Origin: a virus
Reading direction: 5' to 3' (one strand)
Virus record (IMG/VR): IMGVR_UViG_3300045988_088152
Location: 23,432-87,431 of that record
Length of the DNA stretch: 64,000 nucleotides
Positions 63,631 to 64,000 of the stretch are shown piece by piece. The position numbers were made by a program, and so were the translations under genes. How positions within the stretch are numbered: the first letter of the stretch is position 1; each line of letters begins with the position of its first letter. The notes beneath the pieces are model-generated. The model made no database searches, was not told the origin of the DNA, and worked only from the letters and a program-made list of their open reading frames with translations.

Positions 63631-64000
63631 AATACGTTGGAAGTAAGAGCCGCCTAAGTAAGCAAATTGCGCCTATTATCCAGTCATATATTGATAATAT
63701 GCCTGATTGTCGTGGTTATTGGGAGCCATTTGTTGGTGGTGCTAATATGATTGATAAAATCAAATGCTCATACAAGCGCGGTTCTGATTCTCATAAATAC
63801 TTAATTGCTCTATTGCGCCATATTCAAAAAGATACATCGGATTTACCATATACAATTAGTAAAGATGAATATAATGTTGTGAGAATTAACACAAATGACT
63901 ATCCCGATTGGTATGTTGGGCTTGTTGGGTTTTGTGCAAGTTATAACGGCAAATGGTTTGGCGGTTATGCAAATGGCGTAAAAACTAAACTTGGGACTAT
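63627..64000 (+). CDS. dam: D12-class N6-adenine DNA methyltransferase (Dam-like); partial, runs off right edge
   Basis: My own reading: MKYVGSKSRLSKQIAPII...WEPFVGGANM, giving the YxGxK and FxGxG motifs. Confidence 0.75.
   Translation, partial: MKYVGSKSRLSKQIAPIIQSYIDNMPDCRGYWEPFVGGANMIDKIKCSYKRGSDSHKYLIALLRHIQKDTSDLPYTISKDEYNVVRINTNDYPDWYVGLVGFCASYNGKWFGGYANGVKTKLGT

Noticed and set aside
1-64000. Genome-wide stop-codon reassignment (TAG or TGA recoded throughout).
   Set aside because: Long standard-code ORFs are intact on both arms (1082, 857, 589, 562, 554 and 525 aa). TGA and TAA terminate nearly all genes at sensible operon junctions. TAG also serves as an apparently genuine terminal stop (23357, 5265). 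Only one clear in-frame TAG was found, in TerL, so at most site-specific read-through is in play.
1-64000. Diversity-generating retroelement or retron associated with the Ig-domain tail protein or the ncRNA regions.
   Set aside because: No reverse transcriptase ORF is present and no template/variable repeat pair was seen.

Overview
The window looks like one contiguous piece of a large tailed dsDNA phage, AT-rich by eye, with no host genes. Firmicutes-type signals are present: strong GGAGG Shine-Dalgarno sites, frequent TTG starts, and about 18 near-consensus TTGACA-N17-TGnTATAAT promoters. Layout: (a) 1-20335, minus strand, late/structural module. It holds the tape measure, a RuvC-like resolvase, a major tail protein with an Ig-like domain, neck and head genes, a putative major capsid protein, scaffold/protease, portal and terminase. 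(b) 20.34-21.14 kb is a GC-enriched, hairpin-dense block with no credible ORF. (c) 21144-26070, minus strand, is an operon under a host-type promoter. It encodes a metallophosphoesterase, two HU/IHF-like proteins and an 857-aa YonO/RDR-like single-subunit RNA polymerase with a DVDGD motif. (d) A free-standing GIY-YIG homing endonuclease follows. (e) 26.8-31.5 kb, plus strand, carries small early genes: T5orf172, DUF1599/MazG-like, dCMP deaminase and Lar. (f) 32.7-36.7 kb holds two repeat/iteron-rich AT blocks around a patchily GC-rich island of small unknown ORFs. (g) 36.7-64.0 kb, plus strand, carries a SleB-like hydrolase, many promoter-plus-small-gene cassettes, two tRNA-containing noncoding transcription units, HU and a tyrosine recombinase. 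It also carries a replication/recombination module: MBL-fold nuclease, DnaE-type polymerase, Sak4-like ATPase, DUF669-like protein, DnaB helicase, primase, RecJ-like exonuclease and two Dam-type methyltransferases. Most notable observations: (1) The tape measure gene is split by a 618-nt element with canonical group I intron P1/P10 geometry; its cargo is a promoter-driven 67-aa membrane protein, not a homing endonuclease. (2) The large terminase has one in-frame TAG 43 codons in, and the phage encodes atypical tRNAs. (3) There is a ~1.26 kb promoter-to-terminator structured ncRNA unit with an embedded tRNA and a tRNA-like module, plus a second ~0.75 kb structured noncoding block at the early/late junction. 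(4) An HNH endonuclease cassette sits at the 5' end of the helicase gene, next to a diverged duplicate of the helicase N-terminus. All folds and family calls were made by eye and from memory. Nothing was searched or computed.
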